Below are positions 37,779-47,115 of a DNA stretch of 49,367 nucleotides, one piece after another. Positions within the stretch are counted from its first letter, which is position 1. The number at the start of each line of letters is the position of its first letter. The notes beneath the pieces were generated by a model. It was not told the origin of the DNA. It was given only the letters and a program-made list of their open reading frames with translations, and did not search any database. The translations under genes were made by a program, and so were the position numbers. The stretch spans positions 1-49,367 of the forward strand of contig QZIP01000049.1 of the NCBI GenBank assembly GCA_003599595.1, read 5' to 3'. This DNA is from Candidatus Parcubacteria bacterium. GTDB lineage: Bacteria > Patescibacteriota > Microgenomatia > Levybacterales > GWA1-39-11.

Positions 37779-38426
37779 TTATTGTATTGGTGTACCTGGC
37801 ATAGCGGTTTGGACATTAGAAGAATCAATAACATTACTGACTTGTTGACATTCTTGGCCAACATTTCTTCCAATTTCAGTTGTTATCCAAGGAGGACGGC
37901 CAAAATTCATTAAATTAAGAATGTTTAACTGTTTTGATGGATTTCGGTGGCCAAACACATATAATCCACTTATTCTATAGAGTGGTGTAGTTGCGTCTTT
38001 AAGAGTAACTATACTCGCTGTTTCATACTGCTCATCCATTGTTACCCAATCTTCATCTTCAAATGAAATTGGTGTTGGTATATCTGGAGCTATACTTAAT
38101 CTGCAGCAAGTCCATCTTGACATCCAAAGCATTGTTGGAGCTGCTAATTGAAAAAAAGCAGCTGTTGCTCCATCAAAAGGGTCAGGTGAAGTCATACCAG
38201 CCATATATCTATGTAAATCATATTCGTAATAATTCATCACAGTAAAATCCGTCCACATCGCAAACGGATCTTCTTCATCTTCTGGTAATATAGTGTTTAC
38301 TGCCCCATCAGCATTTAAGTCTGGAGTTCCAACTATAACAGTAGCTATATTTCCGGCTGTGGAATCATTTTTGTTGTTTGCAGAAATACCAAAAAAACTA
38401 TTAATCAGACCAGGTAGTGCTGACAT
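37779..38426 (-). CDS. tail-associated hypothetical protein
   Basis: AGGAG SD; TAATG overlap; tail module position. Confidence 0.6.
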   Translation of the reverse strand: MSALPGLINSFFGISANNKNDSTAGNIATVIVGTPDLNADGAVNTILPEDEEDPFAMWTDFTVMNYYEYDLHRYMAGMTSPDPFDGATAAFFQLAAPTMLWMSRWTCCRLSIAPDIPTPISFEDEDWVTMDEQYETASIVTLKDATTPLYRISGLYVFGHRNPSKQLNILNLMNFGRPPWITTEIGRNVGQECQQVSNVIDSSNVQTAMPGTPIQ

Positions 38427-39802
38427 TAATGATTTACTCCTGCATTAATTTCGGCTTGGGTATAAGCTTCTGATTTTTGACCAGCCTCACCAACCTTGAG
38501 ACCATTGCCAAATTGGTCGTCGTTATTTAAGAAAGCTTTATTTAGACTAGGGTCATAGTATGCAGCTGCTTTTAGTATGTACTTAGCAGTGCCCCATCCT
38601 TCTATTGGTTGCTTAGGTTGTGTACCACCAGTATTATTGATATTATCACTACCTGGAGTAAATGTCCATCCATTAAGTCTTGGACCAACTTGCCCAGCTT
38701 TTTTATCTTTCAAAGATCCTTTAGTTCTTGGCCGATACAAAGCAGACATCATAACACTAACTGTGTTATTGTACATGTCAACTGTCAATTGTATTTTTTG
38801 AGTAGCTGCTATACTTTTTGAAACAGAAGACCCTCCAACCAAATTTGATTCAGCGCCACCAGCAGCTAACAGTTTAGCATTACCGATAGATAAAGCAGCA
38901 GCAATTAATGCTGCCTGGCTAGTAGTTTTAGCTCCCCAAAGCTGTAGCGACACAGCACCTACTCTGTACCAACCAAATTGAGAGTTTGGCCCAGGGGAGG
39001 TTGTCTCAGTATAAGTTCCTTGAGCTCTGTAAGCTGTTGGCGTCCCTGGATCTACACCATTGAGCTTGGTCAAATCAGGAGGCATCTTATAGACTTCACG
39101 ATCTATAATTTCGTAAGATATAGAAAGCCCATCTGGAGAAATGGTATATTTTGATTTTTGTCTAATAAATCCCTTTGCAACACCAGTTACAGCAACAAAT
39201 TTCCTATAATAATCTGCAACTTCTCCTTGGGAGTTATCAGATCTAATAGTGTATTTCCCACGACGAACTTTGGTAGTCAATAACAAATCATCTATTTCAA
39301 CTGATTCAAACCATCTGTTAGATAATACTGGACTACCAGGATTGTTAGTTATTGTATTGCCATCAACGGTATTGTTTTCCCAATAATGGGCAATTATTCT
39401 GTAATTAATTAAAAATGTTTCATTGGTAAGTTGGGTTATGTCGCAAGATTGTGGTTGAGGTCCGTTTTTTGCATCCACTGTTCCAACATTCCCTTGAGCA
39501 ATTTGAGTTATTAATGGAACATTATTAACCATTACTTGCAATTCTCTTCTCGGCTGTAACAATGCCGCTCTTATTTTAACCATAATAGATGTTGGGTTAG
39601 TTTGATCTGCTCCTTCAAGACCCATAGCATCCAAGTAATTTACATTAATGATAGCAGCAACTGTGATATCAAATTTAGTATACATTTTGTCGGTAGGACC
39701 CATAGATCCTTCCCCACTTACATCATCGTATACACATTCTTGACTAAAATTTGTATGATAGGGGTATGGCAATGTTATACCATTATATGTTATTACACTC
39801 AT
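38426..39802 (-). CDS. distal tail/hub-like protein
   Basis: Immediately follows the tape-measure candidate (ATGA overlap); ITYNGITL beta-strand start. Confidence 0.6.
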   Translation of the reverse strand: MSVITYNGITLPYPYHTNFSQECVYDDVSGEGSMGPTDKMYTKFDITVAAIINVNYLDAMGLEGADQTNPTSIMVKIRAALLQPRRELQVMVNNVPLITQIAQGNVGTVDAKNGPQPQSCDITQLTNETFLINYRIIAHYWENNTVDGNTITNNPGSPVLSNRWFESVEIDDLLLTTKVRRGKYTIRSDNSQGEVADYYRKFVAVTGVAKGFIRQKSKYTISPDGLSISYEIIDREVYKMPPDLTKLNGVDPGTPTAYRAQGTYTETTSPGPNSQFGWYRVGAVSLQLWGAKTTSQAALIAAALSIGNAKLLAAGGAESNLVGGSSVSKSIAATQKIQLTVDMYNNTVSVMMSALYRPRTKGSLKDKKAGQVGPRLNGWTFTPGSDNINNTGGTQPKQPIEGWGTAKYILKAAAYYDPSLNKAFLNNDDQFGNGLKVGEAGQKSEAYTQAEINAGVNH

Positions 39803-40689
39803 TCTCTCATATCTCCAGGACGAGCATAAGCTGAAATCCAGTTGCCGTCACAAGCCCACTCAACAAGGTCTACAGATTCTTCATTAGCTGCTTTATTTAT
39901 TCTATCTGCTTCATCTTTAACAGTTTTATCCATTCCTTCTGTAACAGATCCTGTTTGGAAAACATTCCCTATAAATGATCCATATCTAGCTCCTGCCCCA
40001 ATAAAATCTTGTCCAATACCAGCTGCTTTTTTCTTAACTTTATCCCAAGCCTCTTCGTATGGCTGTGTTGCTACATTTCTGTTATATATAGAATCGGCCA
40101 ATTCTTGTTGAGCTGGTGCTAATTGATTAGCAAGATGACTTTCTAACCCAGCATCTCTTCTGCTTTGATTCTGAGCCATCCAATTCATATTAGCACTAGT
40201 ATTATTAAATCTTTCATATGTTCCCTGAAGATTTGCTTTACCCCATTCATCAAGTTTACCAGCAATTTGTAAGATTGCTCCAGTAATTTTCATTATCTCA
40301 CCAGGAGTTCCTCCTACTCTCTCCCCTGCTGCTTTTATTCCTTCACCAGCAGTATTAGTAACACCAGAAAAAGTAGTAGCACCTGCAGATAATGGACCTG
40401 TGGAACCACGCGCTGCTACTCCTGCTGATTTTGTAGCATCCCAAAAAGATTGATTTTTAGCTATTCTACTTTGTTCATCCTGCATCGTCATTCCAAGTTT
40501 GGCATCACCACCTCTTTTATTAATTCTATTTTCTACATTCGCCAAGTCGTTTTGTAGCTGTTGCTGCCTTTGACGAGCTGCTTTTGTTAAACCGCCAAAT
40601 ATGCCATCACCGCCGCTAGATTTAATTAAATCTTGAAGCTGTTGACGTCTGGCTAATAAATCAGCAGTGCTAGTTCTTTTTTTAGCCAT
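39799..40689 (-). CDS. probable (short) tape measure protein
   Basis: Ala/Gly/Gln-rich helical sequence directly after the frameshifting chaperone; 296 aa. Confidence 0.55.
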   Translation of the reverse strand: MAKKRTSTADLLARRQQLQDLIKSSGGDGIFGGLTKAARQRQQQLQNDLANVENRINKRGGDAKLGMTMQDEQSRIAKNQSFWDATKSAGVAARGSTGPLSAGATTFSGVTNTAGEGIKAAGERVGGTPGEIMKITGAILQIAGKLDEWGKANLQGTYERFNNTSANMNWMAQNQSRRDAGLESHLANQLAPAQQELADSIYNRNVATQPYEEAWDKVKKKAAGIGQDFIGAGARYGSFIGNVFQTGSVTEGMDKTVKDEADRINKAANEESVDLVEWACDGNWISAYARPGDMRE

Positions 40690-41295
40690 TTGGACCTCTT
40701 CTTGAAGCTTCTATTGCACCTTTCATAATAGCAGCTTCACCATCACCATCTGCATTAGAATTATAGAATATTTTACCAGGTAAAAATAAACCGCTTGCGA
40801 CTCCAAAACCAATTAACAATGGAGCTGCTTCTCTTTGTTGGGCTCTCGCTCTATTAAGCCAAAGGGCAAACATTTCTTTATAGGTTGGTTTTCTTCCTAA
40901 AAAGATTTGATACTTTCCAAGATCGCATTTAGTGAGGTCAGATATCGGCTCTAGTTTTTTTTTAATTTGTTACACCAATCCATAAAGTTATCTAATAATT
41001 CACCACATTCTACTTCAGTTAAACCACCATCCTCATACTTTTTAAGAGAGAAAATCCCTTGAATTTTCTCTACCATTGCAATTTGAGCTTTTATTCTGTC
41101 TTTACTTGGTGAGGAAGCTACTTGCATATCTAACGAAAGTTCTGTGCCAACTTCCATTAATTTACGATGTAAAACCATAGGATCAGCTTTTATTGTTTTT
41201 TCACCATTAAAATAAGAAAACAATAATCTATCTTTTGGTTTATACCCATCAATTTCTTCTTTCTCACCAAACAAATTCCAAAACCATTGAAACAT
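40682..41295 (-). CDS. tail assembly chaperone G/GT pair with -1 frameshift (G = 40951..41295; GT about 204 aa)
   Basis: TTA AAA AAA AAC TAG slippery run; the -1 frame (LEPISDLTKCD...KEMFALW) is open to 40682; lies between tube and tape measure. Confidence 0.82.
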
Positions 41296-41309
41296 AAATT
41301 CTCCTAAAA

Positions 41310-41810
41310 CTAATTGTCATATACTACAATACCCTGAGCGCCAGCCCCGTTATTCCATGGATCAGAAATATAACCAACGGCAGTCCAAATTATTTCCAAC
41401 AAACTTCTTTCTGCGCCAATAGGCAAAGTATAATGATCTTTAATATAAACACTATTAAACGTCCATGGAGCATTCTGAACTGGAGAAGCTAAAGTTAAAA
41501 CACCATAGCCTCCGTTTGCTCCTAGTAGTTTTCCACCATATGGAAATGTGCCTTCTATTGAACCTTGAGTAGAATTAGCCACGGCCTGAGTAAAGACAGC
41601 TGAATCAAAATGAACCAGTGTCATACTAATATCTACTGCGTATAAAGTTACTTGCCTTTCTGGAGGATTTTGGAAAAATCCATCCACTTCTATAGGTAAA
41701 TAACTAAATTGTGGAACAATTGTTACCTTACCCTGGTTGTCTGTAAGGCCCAATTCGCTTCCGTTGTATTTTACCAAACACTGGCCGTTAACATAATAAT
41801 TTCTAGCCAA
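41310..41810 (-). CDS. tail tube protein (paralog 1)
   Basis: TTG start with GAGGTG SD; ELGLT, MTLVHFD, PIGAERS shared with 41876..42466; precedes the chaperone. Confidence 0.65.
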   Translation of the reverse strand: MARNYYVNGQCLVKYNGSELGLTDNQGKVTIVPQFSYLPIEVDGFFQNPPERQVTLYAVDISMTLVHFDSAVFTQAVANSTQGSIEGTFPYGGKLLGANGGYGVLTLASPVQNAPWTFNSVYIKDHYTLPIGAERSLLEIIWTAVGYISDPWNNGAGAQGIVVYDN

Positions 41811-41875
41811 ACTTCACCTCTATTTCATTCCTCCCCAACCTCATTCTATTTTAATTTATATAATGAATTAACACA

Positions 41876-42466
41876 CTATTCAGTACTGTGATCCCAAATT
41901 ACAACACCAGAAGATTTTAATTCTTCACCTGTTGAAAGTGGAACATAAGGAATGGCTCTCCAAATACAATCAACAATAGATCTTTCAGCACTAATAGGCC
42001 ATATTATTGGTCTTTGAGCTAAATAACAAGCATTAAATCTCCAAGGTTCAGCATCAGTATCGCTCTCATCTGATGCTGACAAAAACAACGTCATAAAATG
42101 GTTGCCATTAGCATACATAGCTTTACCTGCACCTAATGGCTTCCCAGCAGCTTCCATTAAACCATCTACTCCCCCACCAGCACTTTCTGCAATGCAGGCT
42201 TTCAATATAACAGGATCAAAATGTACTAAACTCATTGTGATAGTGACATCTGTTAACATCCACATAACTTCTGGAGGAATTTCACTTCCAAAATCATCAT
42301 ATCTATAATCTTTATGTCTATAATTCGGAATTATTTTTACTACACCCTGAGTGTTAGTTAATCCCAATTCTTGGAGTTCTCCATCTTCTCCTATCGCTAA
42401 AGCTGTGCCTTCCATTCCCCGCACTCTAACCATACATGATCCATTTATGTAATAATTTCTAGCCAT
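41876..42466 (-). CDS. tail tube-like protein (paralog 2)
   Basis: MARNYYING, ELGLT, MSLVHFD, PISAERS. Confidence 0.62.
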   Translation of the reverse strand: MARNYYINGSCMVRVRGMEGTALAIGEDGELQELGLTNTQGVVKIIPNYRHKDYRYDDFGSEIPPEVMWMLTDVTITMSLVHFDPVILKACIAESAGGGVDGLMEAAGKPLGAGKAMYANGNHFMTLFLSASDESDTDAEPWRFNACYLAQRPIIWPISAERSIVDCIWRAIPYVPLSTGEELKSSGVVIWDHSTE

Positions 42467-42469
42467 GAT

Positions 42470-42874
42470 TTATAGTGGATCACCTGAAATTAAGAGAACC
42501 TCTACACATAAATGGTTTTCAAACAATTTTCCAGTCATTGTATTTGTCGCTTCCACCTGCCACATTCTTAATACTTGTCCTTCATCAGATAATTCTTCAA
42601 TTTGATCTAATGCATTTATATACTTAACACCAATTGCATCCATACTTGTTCTTGGAATATGGAAAGTAGTTCTATAACTAGCACTCATATCATGTGAAAT
42701 AGGTTCATCAGTTTTGTATATGTAATTTCTTCTTACTTGAACTAATGTGTAAGAAGTAACTACACCTGACTGTTGATCATCATTTCTTTTCAACAGTCTA
42801 ACTGTTTTTAACATTCCAACACCAGAATACAATCCTATATGGAAATATCTGGTATTGTAACGATCAATTGGCAC
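42470..42874 (-). CDS. head-closure/stopper-like neck protein
   Basis: 134 aa beta-rich protein after the adaptor; positional call. Confidence 0.5.
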   Translation of the reverse strand: MPIDRYNTRYFHIGLYSGVGMLKTVRLLKRNDDQQSGVVTSYTLVQVRRNYIYKTDEPISHDMSASYRTTFHIPRTSMDAIGVKYINALDQIEELSDEGQVLRMWQVEATNTMTGKLFENHLCVEVLLISGDPL

Positions 42875-42876
42875 AA

Positions 42877-43068
42877 TTAATTACTCGTAATAATCAAAAA
42901 TCTATATAGCAATTCTAATGTTTCTGTCTGAGTTAATCCACCATCTTCAAATTTTTTAACAGCAAACACTTCTCTTATTTTGTCAATTAAATCTTTTTTG
43001 AGAGCATCCGAATCAGGAGCTCTTCTCATTTCACTACCATCAAAGTAAGAAAAAGATTTTGGATTCAA
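42877..43068 (-). CDS. short paralog of the tail chaperone G
   Basis: FSYFDG and KIREVFAVKKFEDGGLTQTE align with FSYFNG and KIQGIFSLKKYEDGGLTEVE of 40951..41295. Confidence 0.6.
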   Translation of the reverse strand: MNPKSFSYFDGSEMRRAPDSDALKKDLIDKIREVFAVKKFEDGGLTQTETLELLYRFLIITSN

Positions 43069-43069
43069 T

Positions 43070-43762
43070 TTACCACTTCCAGTTTCTATAAGGTCCGAGA
43101 ATTGCGGTTAGGATGTCCCAGAAATCTCTCATCCAATAACTGACTGACCTTTCTTCATAACTTTCACCAGTAAGCCAACGTCCTAATGGGAACATATCTC
43201 TAAGTTGGGCAATAATAAGGTTGTTAGCCATCCTAAAAGCTGCTGGGAGCGTGTCTACACTCCAACCTGCGGTATATATCACTTTTATTGAACCAACATC
43301 CTGACCAACGAAGGGAGACAATAAACCAACTTGTCTCATAATTGGTTTAGGCCAGTAGTTACCCAATCTAATCAAAATTCCACATCTTGAAGTTCCATCA
43401 TCCTGATCTATTTGTAATGTATAATCTGTTCCATATACTTTAGGATCACCAGAAAATGCATCATCACTTGTTCCAAAATTACCACCTTCATGTACCCAAA
43501 CTTGCAAATCTTCATAATCTCCTGTAGGAGATGGATTAACAGGTCTATTTCTTAATAATAATCTTTGAGTTCCCGTTCCATCATAATACTGAGTCCGAGT
43601 AAGATAATTAATTCCGTTAAATGGACGTCCCAAATATGTATTGATTATGTCACTGGCCCATTCAGCATACAGTAGTAATTTTGCATCTTGAGTTGAATCG
43701 GTTTGTGGAATATCCAATACAGTTTTAATTTCTCTCAAATCTGATAGTATGAGGTTAGCCAT
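43070..43762 (-). CDS. head-tail connector/adaptor (gp6/gp15-like)
   Basis: LREIKTVLDI...QDAKL...ASDIINTYLGR and IKVIYTAGW...LPA motifs. Confidence 0.72.
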   Translation of the reverse strand: MANLILSDLREIKTVLDIPQTDSTQDAKLLLYAEWASDIINTYLGRPFNGINYLTRTQYYDGTGTQRLLLRNRPVNPSPTGDYEDLQVWVHEGGNFGTSDDAFSGDPKVYGTDYTLQIDQDDGTSRCGILIRLGNYWPKPIMRQVGLLSPFVGQDVGSIKVIYTAGWSVDTLPAAFRMANNLIIAQLRDMFPLGRWLTGESYEERSVSYWMRDFWDILTAILGPYRNWKW

Positions 43763-43767
43763 TATGT

Positions 43768-44874
43768 TTAACTCGATGTTCTAGATCGAATTTCTCTTCC
43801 TCTGCCGCTAGATCGAATTTCTGGTTTTGGTGTAGAAGGAGCATTTTGTTTGTTTACTAATCTTCGTTCAGCTTGAGACATACCAGGAACTATGGTTCTC
43901 TTATGAGGGTGTTCTTCATAATCACTACGAATATAAGTATTCATCTCACCTAATTCTTTGTTTAACTTCTCTAAATCATCTAATTCCTTGGCTACTGATT
44001 TCAATTTTTCAACAAGTAGTTTTTTAATTTTGGGATCAGATGTTTCACTCAACATCTTATCATAAAAAACTAAGGATTTAGTACCTTCACTAAATAGGTG
44101 TTTGACTAATTGTTTAGCTGTATATTTTCCTGAATCATCTTGACTTACTTGTTGTTCCCCACCGCCAGTAAACATAGAAACTCTACTACGTGCAGGAGCT
44201 CCTTGTTTATTGCGAGTATCTTGTTGCTGGTAATACTGAGCAGCCGCATTAGGTTTAGGAGCAGCTGCAGCTTGACGGTTATTAATTGTTCCAGGAATTG
44301 GTTGTGCTTTTGTTCCATCAGCTAAAGACTTATCATATTGTACTTCTTCATGCGCGTTAGGTCTAGGAGCAGCAGGTTTAGTATGAGCTGAATATGGTCG
44401 AGCTATTTGGGTTTTCTTTTGTGGTTTTACTGGTGCAGCCATTGCTTTCCCTTTGTTTGGATCTGGTTTGTCACCAGTTTTAGCTGGTCTTTGGTCGTAT
44501 TTTGATTCTGGTTTTTCTTTATACGTAGGAGATTTAGGATCACGAGTAGAAGCCCCTTGTTTCGGTCCTTGAGGTAAAGATTTTTTACTATCTTTTGGTA
44601 TTGATAATGGTTTACTATTTTTTCTAGTGTCTAATTTAGTTTTACTACCATGACTGGCATGACCATACATATACCTATTTGGTTTATGTTGGTTGGCTCT
44701 AGGTTTTGCGTTTTCTGGAGGGAAGTCATCTAATCCTTTATTTTCATCTTTTATCTTCTTTCCTGTCATATAATTTTCCCCAGTGCTTGCTTGACATACT
44801 GCATATGGATTAACATCCCCTCCCTGTTTCTTAACCTTTTCAACACACCTTGAAACTTTTGTATTTTTGGGCAT
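43768..44874 (-). CDS. basic, low-complexity head-associated protein
   Basis: RCVEKVK...NPYAVC N-terminal module, then Lys/Pro-rich segments; lies between head genes. Confidence 0.65.
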   Translation of the reverse strand: MPKNTKVSRCVEKVKKQGGDVNPYAVCQASTGENYMTGKKIKDENKGLDDFPPENAKPRANQHKPNRYMYGHASHGSKTKLDTRKNSKPLSIPKDSKKSLPQGPKQGASTRDPKSPTYKEKPESKYDQRPAKTGDKPDPNKGKAMAAPVKPQKKTQIARPYSAHTKPAAPRPNAHEEVQYDKSLADGTKAQPIPGTINNRQAAAAPKPNAAAQYYQQQDTRNKQGAPARSRVSMFTGGGEQQVSQDDSGKYTAKQLVKHLFSEGTKSLVFYDKMLSETSDPKIKKLLVEKLKSVAKELDDLEKLNKELGEMNTYIRSDYEEHPHKRTIVPGMSQAERRLVNKQNAPSTPKPEIRSSGRGREIRSRTSS

Positions 44875-44900
44875 GTTACATCCATATCAAAATATATATT

Positions 44901-44950
44901 AAACGCAACTGGGATAAGGGACTGGAAAACAATCCCTTATCCCAGTTGCG
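44901..44950 (-). terminator. long hairpin, probable intrinsic terminator or processing site after the head genes
   Basis: Perfect 18-bp arms 44904-44921 and 44933-44950, followed on the - strand by TTTAATATATATTTT. Confidence 0.7.
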
Positions 44951-44964
44951 ATTAGCTAGGAAGA

Positions 44965-44984
44965 AGGGTAGTCGCGACTACCCT
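44965..44984. repeat. perfect 20-bp palindrome AGGGTAGTCGCGACTACCCT
   Basis: Self-complementary; 8 nt past the stop of 44993..45514. Confidence 0.8.
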
Positions 44985-44992
44985 AATTATCA

Positions 44993-45514
44993 TTAAACGT
45001 TTACAGAACCAGCAGCAAGTGGCTGCCATGAGAAACCACCACCAGAACCTGTGGTTCTCTTGTTGCTTACGAATCCAGCAACAAACCAGTTGGGGAATGG
45101 ACCAGATACAGAAATTAATCTAGCATACTGGTGTGGTCTCTGGAACGCACCAAAGGCAATACCACCAGAACAGAACTGAGGAGCGTCAGCTACAGGAGCA
45201 GTAACAGAATAGTTACCACTTACCCATAAACCACTATTCACCCAGAAAGTTCCACCACTTTCAACATTTACTGGCATTTGTGGCAATCCACTAGTTGGAT
45301 CAGTAAAGCTGCCAGAAGTGGTAGTATCAGAAGTCTGAATGCGCAATTGAATCACACCAGATCCTGCACCACCAGCACACCACACGTTGCAATACGTGTT
45401 AGCATGCATTAGATCTACAATTTCACCAACAGTCAAGTTAATACCAGAACCCATACTTATGGAAGCTCTGTAATCACAAGTGTTGGCAATATCAACAACT
45501 AAATTAGCACTCAT
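44993..45514 (-). CDS. capsid decoration/cement-like protein
   Basis: Directly after the capsid gene, AGGAG SD; VDL...LRIQTSD...F...QYARL jelly-roll-like pattern. Confidence 0.6.
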   Translation of the reverse strand: MSANLVVDIANTCDYRASISMGSGINLTVGEIVDLMHANTYCNVWCAGGAGSGVIQLRIQTSDTTTSGSFTDPTSGLPQMPVNVESGGTFWVNSGLWVSGNYSVTAPVADAPQFCSGGIAFGAFQRPHQYARLISVSGPFPNWFVAGFVSNKRTTGSGGGFSWQPLAAGSVNV

Positions 45515-45572
45515 TTATCAAAATCTCCTGTTAGGAAGTTCGTTTTTCTATGTTTATATTTGTTCATTCAAC

Positions 45573-45605
45573 CCCAACCTACTCTTGTTTAGAGAGTAGG
45601 TTGGG
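45573..45605 (-). promoter_or_regulatory. 13-bp hairpin after the capsid stop, without a U tract
   Basis: CCCAACCTACTCT / AGAGTAGGTTGGG arms with a 7-nt loop. Confidence 0.6.
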
Positions 45606-45616
45606 ATCGATCATAT

Positions 45617-47065
45617 TTAGATTGTTGGGTCCAAATTGTCCATCCAAACGAAGGCACTTTCGTGACGAGCCTGGATGTCAGCGGAAAGAATACCACGAAC
45701 CCAAGTTTGATCATTAGCGAAACTGGTATCGCCCTGAGTTGTTGCAGCAAACTCAATTGCTCCGAACATACCGATCAAAAGATCGCTCCACATACCACCT
45801 ACAATGTAGGTAAGGTTAGAGGAAGAACCCTTGGTACGAGCTTGAGAAACCTGAGTTGACTTGACAACTGGGTAACCTGCCAAAGTAGCAGGAGTATCTG
45901 CACCAGCTTCACGAATCAAATTGAATACAAATGGTCCCTGGTTATCACCCTGAGCAACAGCATCTGCACGTAACTGATACCACTTATACAGAGACTTTGG
46001 TCTCATGATAAAGCATTCAAACTCAGCATTAGCTTCTTCAACTGCGCTTACAAAACGATAAATATCTCTTGCGGAGAATGCATCACCGTTTGGACGTGGA
46101 TCAGAGCTAGTGAGCTTGATGATATCCTTGAAGTTAATAACACCACGAGGTTGGGTATCAGTACCGGTTCCCTGAAGACCAGCCAAGTCCAAACCAAGAG
46201 CCAAACTCTTAGTCATATCATCACGAAGCAATGCTTCGGCAGCTGGAGAAGCAAAACGAATTAATTCGTTAGGAGCCTTGATCAGAACAGCTAATTTCTT
46301 AGCCTGGAGAGTTACCTCACCAGTTCCAACCAAGGATTCTGTAATAGGAGCATTTTCACCAACCCAGTAGGTGGTGCTGGCAGATGTCTGACGTGGGAAC
46401 TTCATACGACCCTGTGGGGGAAGTGGAACTACCCGAGCGCCAGCATTTACCAATGCTTCTTTGTTACGCAAAAGTTCAATCAACTCACCCATCTCTGGAG
46501 GAGCTACGATAGCGCCACCAGTGAGTTCGTTCAACCAAGACAGAGCCTTGGAATCATAACCCAGAGACTTTAGATGCTGGGTACGCATCCACTTCATTTC
46601 GCCGTGATCAGCCTTATCTACACCAGCGCAGACCAAGCTTTTCATTTCCCGACGAAAATCTACTGGTACAAAAGCATCCATTAAATAGGAGGTACCAAGT
46701 GGGGAAAGGAAACGATTTCCTAACCCTGCATAATCATAAGCCTGATTGCCAGCATCGCGGCTTAGAGTATTATGAAGACGTTCAGCTACCTGAAGTTCAA
46801 CCTTGGCCTGTTCAGGTTTGATTTGATTGCTAACCACACCCAACATCTTGAGGAAGCTATATCCTCTAGAAGTTAGTGGATCCTCACCAATACGAGCATT
46901 GGGGAGACCAAACACCTGGGACGCATTAGGAGAACCAGGGGCTGGGGTTTTCTTTAACTGCTCAATCAAGCCACTAAAAGACTTGGTCAAACCGTTAATC
47001 TGATCATCAGTTTTGCGAGCCATATCTTGTAGACTCTTTACTTCGGATTCTAACGTAGCACTCAT
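45617..47065 (-). CDS. major capsid protein, HK97 fold, with N-terminal delta-like domain
   Basis: GGAIVAPPEM...IELLR, FPRQT...YWVGE, VTLQAKKLA, GTGTDTQPRGV, LAGYPV, GMWSD, SFANDQTWVR, RHESAF; AGGAG SD. Confidence 0.92.
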   Translation of the reverse strand: MSATLESEVKSLQDMARKTDDQINGLTKSFSGLIEQLKKTPAPGSPNASQVFGLPNARIGEDPLTSRGYSFLKMLGVVSNQIKPEQAKVELQVAERLHNTLSRDAGNQAYDYAGLGNRFLSPLGTSYLMDAFVPVDFRREMKSLVCAGVDKADHGEMKWMRTQHLKSLGYDSKALSWLNELTGGAIVAPPEMGELIELLRNKEALVNAGARVVPLPPQGRMKFPRQTSASTTYWVGENAPITESLVGTGEVTLQAKKLAVLIKAPNELIRFASPAAEALLRDDMTKSLALGLDLAGLQGTGTDTQPRGVINFKDIIKLTSSDPRPNGDAFSARDIYRFVSAVEEANAEFECFIMRPKSLYKWYQLRADAVAQGDNQGPFVFNLIREAGADTPATLAGYPVVKSTQVSQARTKGSSSNLTYIVGGMWSDLLIGMFGAIEFAATTQGDTSFANDQTWVRGILSADIQARHESAFVWMDNLDPTI

Positions 47066-47115
47066 TAGTTAAAAACTCCTATGAGATTATTTAGGATCAA
47101 TTCAAAAAAATATTG

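Noticed and set aside
36352-42466. Extracellular contractile injection system (two tube genes, short tape measure)
   Set aside because: A capsid, adaptor and G/GT chaperone are present and no sheath is recognisable, which fits a phage virion.
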